64,000 nucleotides of DNA from Methanothrix sp. (GTDB lineage: Archaea; Halobacteriota; Methanosarcinia; Methanotrichales; Methanotrichaceae), in contig OY821645.1 of the NCBI GenBank assembly GCA_963682135.1, positions 1,824,001-1,888,000 on the forward strand, read 5' to 3'. Below the pieces are notes generated by a model that was given only the letters and a program-made list of their open reading frames with translations, was not told the origin of the DNA and made no database searches. The position numbers and the translations under genes are program-made. Below are positions 39,701 through 47,789 of this stretch, piece after piece (within the stretch, counting starts at the first letter, position 1; every line of letters begins with the position of its first letter).

Positions 39701-42700
39701 CTGTGCAGGCATTCTGGTCATCCTGTCCAGCGGTCAGATCGTGGCAGACCATTGTCACAGAGAGATCGGATTTCACCAGGATGGTATTGGAGCAGGATGC
39801 CGCATTATTGCCCGTATTCAGATCTTGGCTAATGGAGGTAACCGACGCGCTGCTCTGGCCAACGGAAGTAACATCATAAGATACATCCGCATAGATTTCT
39901 AACGTCCTGGTCTGGCCGCTAGCCATATTGCCCAGATCGAGATTGCCAGTCCAGGCAGGAAGAGAAGCGCCATCGAGCGTATAATGGATGTTTTTAAATC
40001 CACCGGCGGGCGTCGTGTCCGGAAGAGTATCTGCCAGGCTTACTCCAGTGGCAATGCTTGGGCCATTATTGGTTATTGTTACTGTGCAGGCATTCTGGTC
40101 ATCCTGTCCAGCGGTCAGATCGTGGCAGACCATTGTCACAGAGAGATCGGATTTCACCAGGATGGTATTGGAGCAGGATGCCGCATTATTGCCCGTATTC
40201 AGATCTTGGCTAATGGAGGTAACCGACGCGCTGCTCTGGCCAACGGAAGTAACATCATAAGATACATCCGCATAGATTTCTAACGTCCTGGTCTGGCCGC
40301 TAGCCATATTGCCCAGATCGAGATTGCCAGTCCAGGCAGGAAGAGAAGCGCCATCGAGCGTATAATGGATGTTTTTAAATCCACCGGCGGGCGTCGTGTC
40401 CGGAAGAGTATCTGCCAGGCTTACTCCAGTGGCAATGCTTGGGCCATTATTGGTTATTGTTACTGTGCAGGCATTCTGGTCATCCTGTCCAGCGGTCAGA
40501 TCGTGGCAGACCATTGTCACAGAGAGATCGGATTTCACCAGGATGGTATTGGAGCAGGATGCCGCATTATTGCCCGTATTCAGATCTTGGCTAATGGAGG
40601 TAACCGACGCGCTGCTCTGGCCAACGGAAGTAACATCAGAAGATACATCCGCATAGATTTCTAACGTCCTGGTCTGGCCGCTAGCCATATTGCCCAGATC
40701 GAGATTGCCAGTCCAGGCAGGAAGAGAAGCGCCATCGAGCGTATAATGGATGTTTTTAAATCCACCGGCGGGCGTCGTGTCCGGAAGAGTATCTGCCAGG
40801 CTTACTCCAGTGGCAATGCTTGGGCCATTATTGGTTATTGTTACTGTGCAGGCATTCTGGTCATCCTGTCCAGCGGTCAGATCGTGGCAGACCATTGTCA
40901 TGGAAAGATCGGAATTCGCCAGGATGGTATTGGAACAGGATGCCGCATTATTGCCCGTATTCAGATCTTGGCTAATGGAGGTAACCGACGCGCTGCTCTG
41001 GCCAACGGAAGTAACATCAGAAGATACATCCGTATAGATTTCTAACGTCTTGGTCTGGCCGCTAGCCATATTGCCCAGATCGAGATTGCCAGTCCAGGCT
41101 GGAAGAGAAGCGCCATCGAGCGTATACTGGATGTTTTTAAATCCTCCGGCGGGCGTCGTGTCCGGAAGAGTATCTGCCAGGCTTGCTCCAGTGGCAATGC
41201 TTGGGCCATTATTGGTTATTGTTACTGTGCAGGCATTCTGGTCATCCTGTCCAGCGGTCAGATCGTGGCAGACCATTGTCACAGAGAGATCGGAATTCAT
41301 CGAGACGGTTATCTTCTGGTCACATGTTGCTGAATTTCCGGCTGCATCTCTGGCGGTCCAGGTTACAGTAGTAGTCCCTACGGGATATTGGTTATTCGCT
41401 GGTGCATTATTGGTAATTGAAGCTACACCTACATTATCGCTGGCAGTTGCTGTTCCGAGGTCTGTGATGGTCGCATAGTCCTTATTGGTATCACTGAAGA
41501 CCGCCTTATCCCCCGGGCAGGCTATATAGGGTTTAAGGCAATCATTTACCGTCAGAGTCGCTTCTGCCGAGTCTATGCCGCAGCCAGTACTCGTATAGCT
41601 GACTTTAACTCTGTACTTGCTGCCGCTATCCGCCAGAGTGGGTGAATTGATAGTTAGCGATGCACCTTTCGCTTCTGAGAGGTCTGAATAACCAGATCCG
41701 GTGTTTTTTTGCCACTGGTAACGATACTGACCGGAATCGGTCGGATTCATTCCGACGCTGAAAGTGACGGGACTGGACTCACAAACGGCCTGGGATTGAG
41801 GCTCAGATGATATCGCAGGTTGAGGGAGCACGGTGAAGATACCAGTAGCCGTACAGGTGCCAGAGGTAACGGTGTACTGATAAGTGCCTGCCGCATTCAT
41901 ATTAACAGCAGCATGTCCAAACACGGGCGTGCAGGTCCCCGTGCATCCGGCACCCTTGCTTATAAAGAACTGATCCCAATCAGATATAGTTGTGCCCTGA
42001 CAAACACTGATTGTTGGTGCACTGACGCAGCAGGGACTGGCTATAGTCTGCTTCGCAAATCTCTGGCTATGAGCTGTCACATGACAGTTTGTATGCTCCT
42101 CACACGAAGCATCAGAAGAAATCACGAGAAGCTTAAAGGTAAGCACTGGTCCGCCTCCCGGCCCATTCAATACTAGTGGCTGGCCGCACGGCCAGGAGAC
42201 CGGAATCGGTACAGTCCTTATCACGGGGGTACCAAAGCCCTTTCCAGGAATATCCGGAAGACCCACCCTATATTTTTCATCAGAGTCTATTGCGTTATTG
42301 CCGTTTTTATCTATCCCGAATAGGAAAAAGAGATTAGTAAATCCACCCGTATTCGAGTTTTTTATGTCAATAGTGAGATAAGCGGAAGCGAGCCCGTTCT
42401 GACATGTGACGCATGAGACGGGGTTGCCATTACTATTTGTTATTTTATAAGAGGTAATCTCTATATTTCCAAAACTGCCGGTATGAGAGCAATCATAATA
42501 ATTTCCAGGACCAGGATTAATGGCGCATGGATACATCATTATTGCAGCGGCTGGGCTTATGGACAACAAAATAAAAACAAGTGCAATAAAGACGATCCAA
42601 TTGCCTGGGCACTTCAATAGGCGTTGCGCATTATATGCACAGCATGCCGAAGCTCTGCCCAACAGTTCCTTTTCATATTTATGGGGATCTGTAGCTTTAT

Positions 42701-42752
42701 CTGTAGCTCTCCCAAGAATCCCTGGGATATAACGAGATGGCGATATCATCAT
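33723..42752 (-). CDS. 3009-aa secreted fibrillar surface protein: Cys-rich N-terminus, Ig-like, HYR-like, 12 tandem DUF11, SdrD-B-like, further DUF11 domains and a duplicated unknown domain
   Basis: Signal-like WIVFIALVFILLSISPAAA; YPVGTTTVTWTARDAAGNSATC (HYR); DLSVT...TITNNGPS.ATGVSLADTLP (DUF11); LSGRLWKDADGDG...GLSGWTIEL (SdrD B). True start may lie downstream of 42752. Confidence 0.88.
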   Translation of the reverse strand: MMISPSRYIPGILGRATDKATDPHKYEKELLGRASACCAYNAQRLLKCPGNWIVFIALVFILLSISPAAAIMMYPCAINPGPGNYYDCSHTGSFGNIEITSYKITNSNGNPVSCVTCQNGLASAYLTIDIKNSNTGGFTNLFFLFGIDKNGNNAIDSDEKYRVGLPDIPGKGFGTPVIRTVPIPVSWPCGQPLVLNGPGGGPVLTFKLLVISSDASCEEHTNCHVTAHSQRFAKQTIASPCCVSAPTISVCQGTTISDWDQFFISKGAGCTGTCTPVFGHAAVNMNAAGTYQYTVTSGTCTATGIFTVLPQPAISSEPQSQAVCESSPVTFSVGMNPTDSGQYRYQWQKNTGSGYSDLSEAKGASLTINSPTLADSGSKYRVKVSYTSTGCGIDSAEATLTVNDCLKPYIACPGDKAVFSDTNKDYATITDLGTATASDNVGVASITNNAPANNQYPVGTTTVTWTARDAAGNSATCDQKITVSMNSDLSVTMVCHDLTAGQDDQNACTVTITNNGPSIATGASLADTLPDTTPAGGFKNIQYTLDGASLPAWTGNLDLGNMASGQTKTLEIYTDVSSDVTSVGQSSASVTSISQDLNTGNNAASCSNTILANSDLSMTMVCHDLTAGQDDQNACTVTITNNGPSIATGVSLADTLPDTTPAGGFKNIHYTLDGASLPAWTGNLDLGNMASGQTRTLEIYADVSSDVTSVGQSSASVTSISQDLNTGNNAASCSNTILVKSDLSVTMVCHDLTAGQDDQNACTVTITNNGPSIATGVSLADTLPDTTPAGGFKNIHYTLDGASLPAWTGNLDLGNMASGQTRTLEIYADVSYDVTSVGQSSASVTSISQDLNTGNNAASCSNTILVKSDLSVTMVCHDLTAGQDDQNACTVTITNNGPSIATGVSLADTLPDTTPAGGFKNIHYTLDGASLPAWTGNLDLGNMASGQTRTLEIYADVSYDVTSVGQSSASVTSISQDLNTGNNAASCSNTILVKSDLSVTMVCHDLTAGQDDQNACTVTITNNGPSIATGVSLADTLPDTTPAGGFKNIHYTLDGASLPAWTGNLDLGNMASGQTRTLEIYADVSSDVASVGQSSASVTSISPDLNTGNNAASCSNTILVKSDLSMTMVCHDLTAGQDDQNACTVTITNNGPSVATGVSLADTLPDTTPAGGFKNIHYTLDGASLPAWTGNLDLGNMASGQTKTLEIYADVSYDVTSVGQSSASVTSISQDLNTGNNAASCSNTILAKSDLSMTMVCHDLVAGQDDQNACTVTITNNGPSIATGVSLADTLPDTTPAGGFKNIHYTLDGASLPAWTGNLDLGNMASGQTKTLEIYADVSSDVTSVGQSSASVTSISPDLNTGNNAASCSNTILAKSDLSVTMVCHDLVAGQDDQNACTVTITNNGPSIATGVSLADTLPDTTPAGGFENIQYTLDGASLPAWTGNLDLGNMASGQTRTLEIYADVSSDVTSVGQSSASVTSISPDLNTGNNAASCSNTILVKSDLSMTMVCHDLTAGQDDQNACTVTITNNGPSVATGVSLADTLPDTTPAGGFKNIHYTLDGASLPAWTGNLDLGNMASGQTKTLEIYADVSSDVTSVGQSSASVTSISQDLNTGNNAASCSNTILAKSDLSMTMVCHDLVAGQDDQNACTVTITNNGPSVATGASLADTLPDTTPAGGFKNIHYTLDGASLPAWTGNLDLGNMASGQTKTLEIYADVSSDVTSVGQSSASVTSISPDLNTGNNAASCSNTILAKSDLSMTMVCHDLVAGQDDQNACTVTITNNGPSVATGASLADTLPDTTPAGGFKNIHYTLDGASLPAWTGNLDLGNMASGQTRTLEIYADVSSDVTSVGQSNAWIISSSTDPNANNNNAQACTNTVLVRSDLSVTKICHDLTAGVDNQNAYTITVANNGPSGAADVILTDDMPVTTPTGGLSNIKYMLDDVALNPWTGSLDLNDIAKGGSKTVEIYADVSKDVTAVGQNTASITSSSTDTNSDNNVASCSNAIKSQSLSGRLWKDADGDGQQGAAAAEPGLSGWTIELKNKDTGQMVSTKSGPDGSYRFHGVAPGDYILSEVLRDNWIQTAPASKIYEVHVTDFNIGSKDFGNRNLVEALQAALVVDPPVTTPGSTVTFTAAIDNIGETVVNTVRVTLTLPAGINFISASPKQDIVVNNPNGTTTLIWNSLPLAAVSTEANNVGSSGPNLPIQSGSITVTTNADPSFLGTANVNLFVKGTSSVAEVKVITTVGNIEVVTPEPHIIKTADSNQVLPGGTVCYSITYWNPGEANLTGVEVADRYPAGTTFIYSIPEPDSITENHWTIGELPAGTKGTITVCLKVPEKMNMTFYSQERAKGTGFVNTYRNMDTGFEPYSLTNVAVLSCAEANPVSSSASVEVADQAGTTLTQIESGSGSYSREGQTRIITSNKTIQVDSNLAANYAPTSFSLPKGRLMNFTSRWSEADLAMNERTGASLDERYLYANSIIKDSSIYLDENRSILATDSHFLGNGHIGTLKKSGPDDLPKAAPIFEGTEIYSGEFHLNETVREYGSNVISNKSASGSGFVSSDKSIRESQRTYEYGAGSYKSDELIRTPESFVAKDLQATRAPANYSYSPGFSSFKSGPLSGSSLKWAEGVWSRSRESSNPRDKEGSLISEEISGADYIQAETVAGGLNDLDSRINYSGIGTFRAVLKDEVDLAEVYAGEYQIERKIHLTGVSKYDRPHLSLMKTGNIIYNPITNITVASYTITVQNDGNKALGPVYVKDLFPVGTGYINSSVEPYQLETRLANWTFVYMSIGQTLSINLNLNVTDQRDQMVNRVYALGYYDDHYVTASNFTVNEFAWLPCCEQKLRAYKIASMDPGDPRLIRYRIGIKNDMECPMVARVIDILPDGLRFINSSIQPEPIADNLSWALANISAGKIAVIDYRVQAVNGGRFVNQAHIEVYAVDGSGSSVADVSAAINVGDLPSVRDSSGWSPPDWGLDQSEYICSGELDGSGWVSSAPVCTSCSLDDV
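37100..41295 (-). repeat. 11 near-identical 381-bp tandem repeats (127-aa DUF11 units), with a diverged 12th copy at ~36720-37100
   Basis: Antisense shadow ORFs recur every 381 bp (37317, 37698, 38079, 38841, 39222, 39603, 39984, 40365, 40746); 12 SDLS(V/M)T motifs in the protein. Confidence 0.95.
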
Positions 42753-43819
42753 GACTGCCCCGCTTTATCACCTGCTATTGCCGCTATAACATTCCACCAT
42801 CTCACATTGCAGAGCTGTTTTTTTAAAGTACACAATTATGCTTTTGCGTCTAAGGTTAGCAATCAGCTCCGCTATGCAGGCTTAAAGATGCTCAACTGAT
42901 ATTATGCCTATCAATCCTACCCCAATGATCATCCAGGCATCAGCCGCTTGGTGACTGGAGAAGTGAGCGCTCTAGTTAAACCGTCTTTACCCTCCTAATT
43001 CAAGGCGGATATGGAACCACCGGGATCTTTGTTTCCCTTACAGCAAGCTAAAGCAGTAATTTACCTAAACTCCCAACTAGTTAATAAATCCACCGAAAGG
43101 AGATTTCCGTATTAGTTCTTAGCACTATTGCGATGTCTTTTGAATCAGTACTGGTCTAACTAGCAACTCCAGTAATTAAATTTTTCAGAGATTTTGGAAC
43201 CGGTTCGTTTTTTCCCACATGAATCTCTAGTCGAAGGTTCTTCGGCCTGGGGCCTGAGATCTGGATAAGCTCTGCCAGGCGTTTAAAGCCTCAGCAAAAA
43301 GCCCCTTACAAGCCAGATCCTCCCTGTCTTCAGATGCCCATCGATCGATAGCTCTGGCTGCCATCCCATAGACTAGGATCTTGAAGCTGTCGCCAGCTCG
43401 AAATTCTTCCGGCTCGAAATCCTTGGTGGTTTCCCGTCTCGCTTTGTGTATCTGTGACCAGGTGGTTTTCAGGCAATCATTCTGCCCTTAAAGTCACGAA
43501 TTTTCATAATATCGATATCTGTGGAAAATATATTGCAAATTGATCTGATAAACGTTGATAAGTGGAGGTCATGCAATCCGTACTATGCTATTGGGGACTA
43601 TATCATTTAGAAGGTCCAGGATAATGGAGCAAATGATGTATTCGCATACCTGTAGATTATGTCTTGGGTCTGCTCAAAAGATCTCAGAAATTGGACACCA
43701 TCAGAGGGGGTCCTGCGGAAGACGAAATCCTTGTTTGTATAAGGCGCTCCCGAATGGGTGGGAGGATTATCAGTGCTGAGGGTGTGGGAGCCGCAGAAAG
43801 GCGAGATCTGGGCATAAGA

Positions 43820-43919
43820 CCCAAGCCCTTGTCTTCCAAGTACCTTTTATAACGCTTAACAGCAGGTTTGAGGTCTTCCTTGGAAATCTCCTTCTTCCAG
43901 CCAAACGCTTCTTGGGCAT
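43820..43919 (-). pseudogene. Probable N-terminal remnant of a tyrosine integrase beside the tRNA 3' end
   Basis: ATG 43919 MPKKRL, then one frameshift gives WKKEISKEDLKPAVKRYKRYLEDKGL, resembling the integrase N-terminal 'x-x-YL-x-x-KG' helix; truncated afterwards. Confidence 0.35.
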
Positions 43920-44012
43920 TTTTGCATCATCCTTGAAGCGGCACTGAAAAAGAATCCTGTCACCTACAGCAAAAACCTGCGGATGCCAGTAAGCGAAAAT
44001 CGATATCAGCAG

Positions 44013-44095
44013 TGCGGGGGACGGGAGTCGAACCCGCGAACACCTTCGTGACAGGGTCCTAAGCCCTGCGCCTTTAACCACTTGGCAACCCCCGC
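44013..44095 (-). tRNA. tRNA-Leu (anticodon TAG), no encoded CCA
   Basis: GCGGGGGTTGCCAAGTGGTTAAAGGCG-CAGGG-CTTAGGA-CCCTG, long variable arm, GCGGGTTCGACTCCCGT-CCCCCGCA. Confidence 0.97.
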
Positions 44096-44165
44096 GCACT
44101 TAGCCCCTGACAATGGGGGCAGGGCAGATAAAAGTGCTGTGCTCTACTAGAACTTTGCGATCCTC

Positions 44166-44627
44166 TCAGCATTTCAGGAAGGGCTTCATCCTCCTCGTCG
44201 CCTTAAATAGCTCTCTTGTCTCTTCCCTCGTCATCGTCTGCCGGTGCTTTTGGTCCTGCCAATCGCGCCGGAAGGGATAGAAGTACTCATAAAGCTCCGG
44301 CTCATCATGGCAGTGCACCACCACCCCCTGCTCCATCACCGCCGCCTTGAGAAAAAGGGGGAGCAGCTCAAAGATGCGCACATCATAACGGCTGTCCCTG
44401 AGGTGAGATATGAACTTCCTCCAGAGAAAAGACCGGTCGGCAGCCTGGGGGGCCACGATGTACAGGTCAATGTCGCTTCTCGGCCCGGCTTCACCAGTGG
44501 CCTGAGAGCCGTAGAGGAGCACTCCTAAAATTTGCTCTCGCCAGACGGAATCTTGCAGAAACGAGAGGTCCGCCTTCACTTTTGCGACAATCTTATCCCG
44601 GTATCTTCCCGCCCTCTCCGACTTCAT
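44166..44627 (-). CDS. Minimal nucleotidyltransferase (MNT) domain protein
   Basis: VLLYGSQATGEAGPRSDIDLYIV; YDVRIFELLPL. Confidence 0.88.
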   Translation of the reverse strand: MKSERAGRYRDKIVAKVKADLSFLQDSVWREQILGVLLYGSQATGEAGPRSDIDLYIVAPQAADRSFLWRKFISHLRDSRYDVRIFELLPLFLKAAVMEQGVVVHCHDEPELYEYFYPFRRDWQDQKHRQTMTREETRELFKATRRMKPFLKC

Positions 44628-44651
44628 CTGGGTCCTCGAAAAACACAATAT

Positions 44652-45569
44652 TCAATCCAAAGATCTCTCGCCCATCAGCCAGGCCATGACCGCCTTGCTG
44701 GTATGCATCCGGTTTTCCGCCTCATCGAAGACCGCAGACTGCGGCCCGTCCATGACCTCGTCGGTGATCTCCTGCCCCCGGTGGGCCGGCAAGCAGTGCA
44801 AAGCAATGGCCCCCTCTGCGGCCAGACTCATGATCTCAGAATTCAACTGGTACTTTCCGAAGACCCGCAGCCTTTCCGCCTCTTGGCCCTCATCTCCCAT
44901 GGAGACCCAGGTGTCGGTGACCAGAACATCCGCACCCTCTGCTGCAGCAGATGGCTCAGCCACAACTTTTGGCCAGCCGCCCATGCTCTTGGCCTGCTCC
45001 AGAATGCGAGCCTTTGGCTGGTAGCCCTGAGGCGAGGCCACGATGATCTCCATTCCCAAAATGGCTGCCGCCAGGATAAGGGAGTTGCAGACATTGTTTC
45101 CGTCGCCCACCCAGGCGAGGCGCAGCCCTTCCAGCTTTGCGAAGCGCTGGCGCATGGTCTGCAAATCAGCCAGAATCTGCAGCGGATGCTCCCAATCCGA
45201 GAGAGCATTGACCACAGGCACACTGGCATGCTGAGCGAGCTGGATGACGGTGTTATGAGAGTAGACGCGAGCGGTAATGCCCTGCACATAACGAGAGAGC
45301 ACTCGTGCCGTGTCGGCGATGGTTTCGCCCCGCCCCAACTGCAGCTCGCCTGCCGACAGGTACAGCGGATGGGCACCCAGCTCCGCCGCCGCTACCTCCA
45401 GGGAGACGCGCGTGCGCGTGGACGGCTTCTCAAAGATCATGGCCAGGCTCTTGCCCTGCAAGGGTTCGCCATGCCCGCCCCGCCTGGCTCGAAATGCCTC
45501 GGCACTGTCCAGCAGTCGCAAGATCTCCTCTTTGGAGAGATCCGAGATAGAGATGAGATCAGTTTTCAT
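44652..45569 (-). CDS. argF: Ornithine carbamoyltransferase
   Basis: FEKPSTRTRVS, HPLQILAD, GDGNNV, TDTWVSMG, HCLPAHRG, EAENRMH. Confidence 0.97.
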   Translation of the reverse strand: MKTDLISISDLSKEEILRLLDSAEAFRARRGGHGEPLQGKSLAMIFEKPSTRTRVSLEVAAAELGAHPLYLSAGELQLGRGETIADTARVLSRYVQGITARVYSHNTVIQLAQHASVPVVNALSDWEHPLQILADLQTMRQRFAKLEGLRLAWVGDGNNVCNSLILAAAILGMEIIVASPQGYQPKARILEQAKSMGGWPKVVAEPSAAAEGADVLVTDTWVSMGDEGQEAERLRVFGKYQLNSEIMSLAAEGAIALHCLPAHRGQEITDEVMDGPQSAVFDEAENRMHTSKAVMAWLMGERSLD

Positions 45570-45580
45570 GTGTTCGTTCC

Positions 45581-45970
45581 TCAGCTCTGCATCCTTGCCT
45601 GAAGCTCGGCTATGGCAGTTATGCTCCCTTCCGCTATGGTGAGCGTGGCCTTGATGCTCTTAAATCCGGGAATGCTGCCAGTGCACACGTCGTCGGAGAC
45701 GAGCTGATTGGACCAGGGGCTATTGTACATAAAAGCAATACCAGGATGAGCTTCGTCTTCCGATGTCCTGGCGGCCACGACCACGCTGCCCACGTCATTT
45801 TTCACGAGCAGCTTCTGCCCGTCCTTTGCACCCAGCCGGGCCATGTCCTGCTTGTCCAGAATGATCAAAGCACTCAGGTTTTTGTACTCCTCGGAAAACC
45901 GGCTCTTCCTTCCCGCCTCATCCTGGAATATGTCGCGCACGGTAACTACGGTGACCTCAACCTCTGCCAT
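45581..45970 (-). CDS. fwdD: Formylmethanofuran dehydrogenase subunit D-like (molybdopterin-dinucleotide binding)
   Basis: TVRDIFQ, DMARLG, GSVVV, GIAFMYNSPWSNQLV, PGFKSI; adjacent to fwdB. Confidence 0.85.
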   Translation of the reverse strand: MAEVEVTVVTVRDIFQDEAGRKSRFSEEYKNLSALIILDKQDMARLGAKDGQKLLVKNDVGSVVVAARTSEDEAHPGIAFMYNSPWSNQLVSDDVCTGSIPGFKSIKATLTIAEGSITAIAELQARMQS

Positions 45971-45971
45971 T

Positions 45972-47195
45972 TCAAATCGCCTCCATAATGCGATTTAGGA
46001 TCTGCTCATCTGAGAGAAGCTCTGACTTCATGATGGGCTCGAATTTGATCTTCACTCCATCCATGCGTACCGCTGTGCCTCCTGCCTCCAGGCCGGAGAG
46101 GGCCGAAGGAATGACGACCTTCGCCGCATCAGTGGTCAATGACCGCCGCGGATCGATGGCAATAAGCGGGAGGTGTGCCAGAGCGCGGGCTGCGGCGAAG
46201 GGCAGCGCCGAGAGCGGATCTGAGCCGATAGACAGCGCCGCGTCGCATGTTCTGGCTGCGGCTATCACGCTGTGCTCCGGCCCGTGCGCAGCCGCGCCGC
46301 CCTGGAAGGAGACGCGATTGATGAAGCCCGTCTTTTCCAGCATCAGCTCATTAAAACCGCGCATGTTGTAGTGCCCTACCATGGGTATGACCTTGAAGGT
46401 GGTGACCTCATTCAGCCTGGCAAGGAGCTGCTCGAAGAGCTCCATCTTATCCTGCAGGGAATAGACCATGCCTAGACCGGGAAAGATCGCTCCCCACTCC
46501 GTCTTCTTGAGGACAGTTGACAGCTCAATCATCTTCTTCTTGTCACCTACCTTGGGAATCTTTCCATCCAGAACTGACAGGATCGCCTCCAAAAACTGCG
46601 CGTCGCCTCCTGGTGCCACCCGGAAATAGTAGTTGCTGCATAGCCGCGCCGTGGCTGACTTTCGGACGTCCACCACAATGCAGGTCCTCTCCTCCTCGTA
46701 GCTTCTCTGCCTCTTCTCTCCTCGCGGATAATAGGAAAAGCGCGAAAGATGCCGCGGATGGCTGCTTGAGGGATCCGATCCCCAAAAGATCGCGGTGTCT
46801 GCATAGTTTCGTACATCGTCTAACGTGCAGGTTGGAATCTTTCCGGATAAAATGCGCTCCATCAAAATTCCCTGGCAGAAAGAGGAGGTATCGTCAATGG
46901 TCGCGCCCAATTTTTCCGCCAGTTTTATGCCCGCCGCCTGGGCCTCCAATGTGGAATTGGACCAGCCGTATAATAGCGGGCTCCTGGCGCTCCTTAAAAT
47001 CTCTGCAGCCTTCTCGATCGCTTTATCCAGAGTCACCTGCTCTCCATCGATCATGGGCAGCGTCCTCTCTGTAAAGGCCGCCCGGAAGTGGCCGTGCCCC
47101 TTGCGGCAGAGGTTCTTCTCATGCAGCAGTGAACCATTCTCGAAGGTCGCCACAATATCCTCGCAGAGAAGCGAGCATCCTGTGCATATTGCCAT
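45972..47195 (-). CDS. fwdB: Formylmethanofuran dehydrogenase subunit B
   Basis: CTGCSLLCED, LCRKG, PLLYGWS, DDTSSFCQG, HPRHLSR, PMVGHYNMRGF, GTAVRMDGV. Confidence 0.92.
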   Translation of the reverse strand: MAICTGCSLLCEDIVATFENGSLLHEKNLCRKGHGHFRAAFTERTLPMIDGEQVTLDKAIEKAAEILRSARSPLLYGWSNSTLEAQAAGIKLAEKLGATIDDTSSFCQGILMERILSGKIPTCTLDDVRNYADTAIFWGSDPSSSHPRHLSRFSYYPRGEKRQRSYEEERTCIVVDVRKSATARLCSNYYFRVAPGGDAQFLEAILSVLDGKIPKVGDKKKMIELSTVLKKTEWGAIFPGLGMVYSLQDKMELFEQLLARLNEVTTFKVIPMVGHYNMRGFNELMLEKTGFINRVSFQGGAAAHGPEHSVIAAARTCDAALSIGSDPLSALPFAAARALAHLPLIAIDPRRSLTTDAAKVVIPSALSGLEAGGTAVRMDGVKIKFEPIMKSELLSDEQILNRIMEAI

Positions 47196-47220
47196 TTGCT
47201 TTTCACCTTCCCCTTTTCAA

Positions 47221-47682
47221 CTAAACGAACTCGATGGCCTTGCTCGGACAGGTCGCTGTGCAGGCATTGCAGAGAGTCTTGTTCGGTCCGAAGCGCTTGC
47301 ATTCTTTTAGGTTGTTGACCACTACTACCCCATCTTCCACTCGCAAGATGACCTTTTCGCCCTCCGGCCCCAGACCCACTGCGGTGCGCGTGGGCTCCGC
47401 GGCCACATTGACGGGGCAGGCGACAACGCAGTTGCCGCAGCCAAAACACTTCTCCGGATGTATGATCAGGCCGGTCTCCGAAGCATTCTCAATGGGCGCC
47501 ATCACCTCTCGCAGCTTTTTCAGCTTAGCCTCGTACTTCTTCTCCTCAATTAGTGGAGTGCACTCATCGACCTTCTTCTCCCGGCCCAAAAGGCCCACAG
47601 CAAAGGCCATGCAGGTGGGAAGCCCGCACTTCTTGCAGTTGGTCTTGGGCAAAAGCATATAGATCTCCATGGCGCCGACCAT
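47221..47682 (-). CDS. fwdG: FwdG-like Fe-S protein (N-terminal FeS domain + 2 ferredoxin-type motifs)
   Basis: LPKTNCKKCGLPTCMAFA...CTPL; CFGCGNCVVACP; CNACTATCP; ATG 47682 preferred. Confidence 0.8.
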   Translation of the reverse strand: MVGAMEIYMLLPKTNCKKCGLPTCMAFAVGLLGREKKVDECTPLIEEKKYEAKLKKLREVMAPIENASETGLIIHPEKCFGCGNCVVACPVNVAAEPTRTAVGLGPEGEKVILRVEDGVVVVNNLKECKRFGPNKTLCNACTATCPSKAIEFV

Positions 47683-47789
47683 AACCAGAACCTCAATTTG
47701 GGAAAGATATGATAGAAGCTTTGTGGCATCGATTATATTTATGGCCTGCGCAAACCTTTTCATAGTTCTTAGACTAAAAGGCTCTTTTA

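Noticed and set aside
37317-41478. Repeated 90-99 aa plus-strand ORFs
   Set aside because: Antisense by-products of the 381-bp coding repeat.
44532-45602. 356-aa plus-strand ORF
   Set aside because: Antisense to argF in GC-rich sequence.
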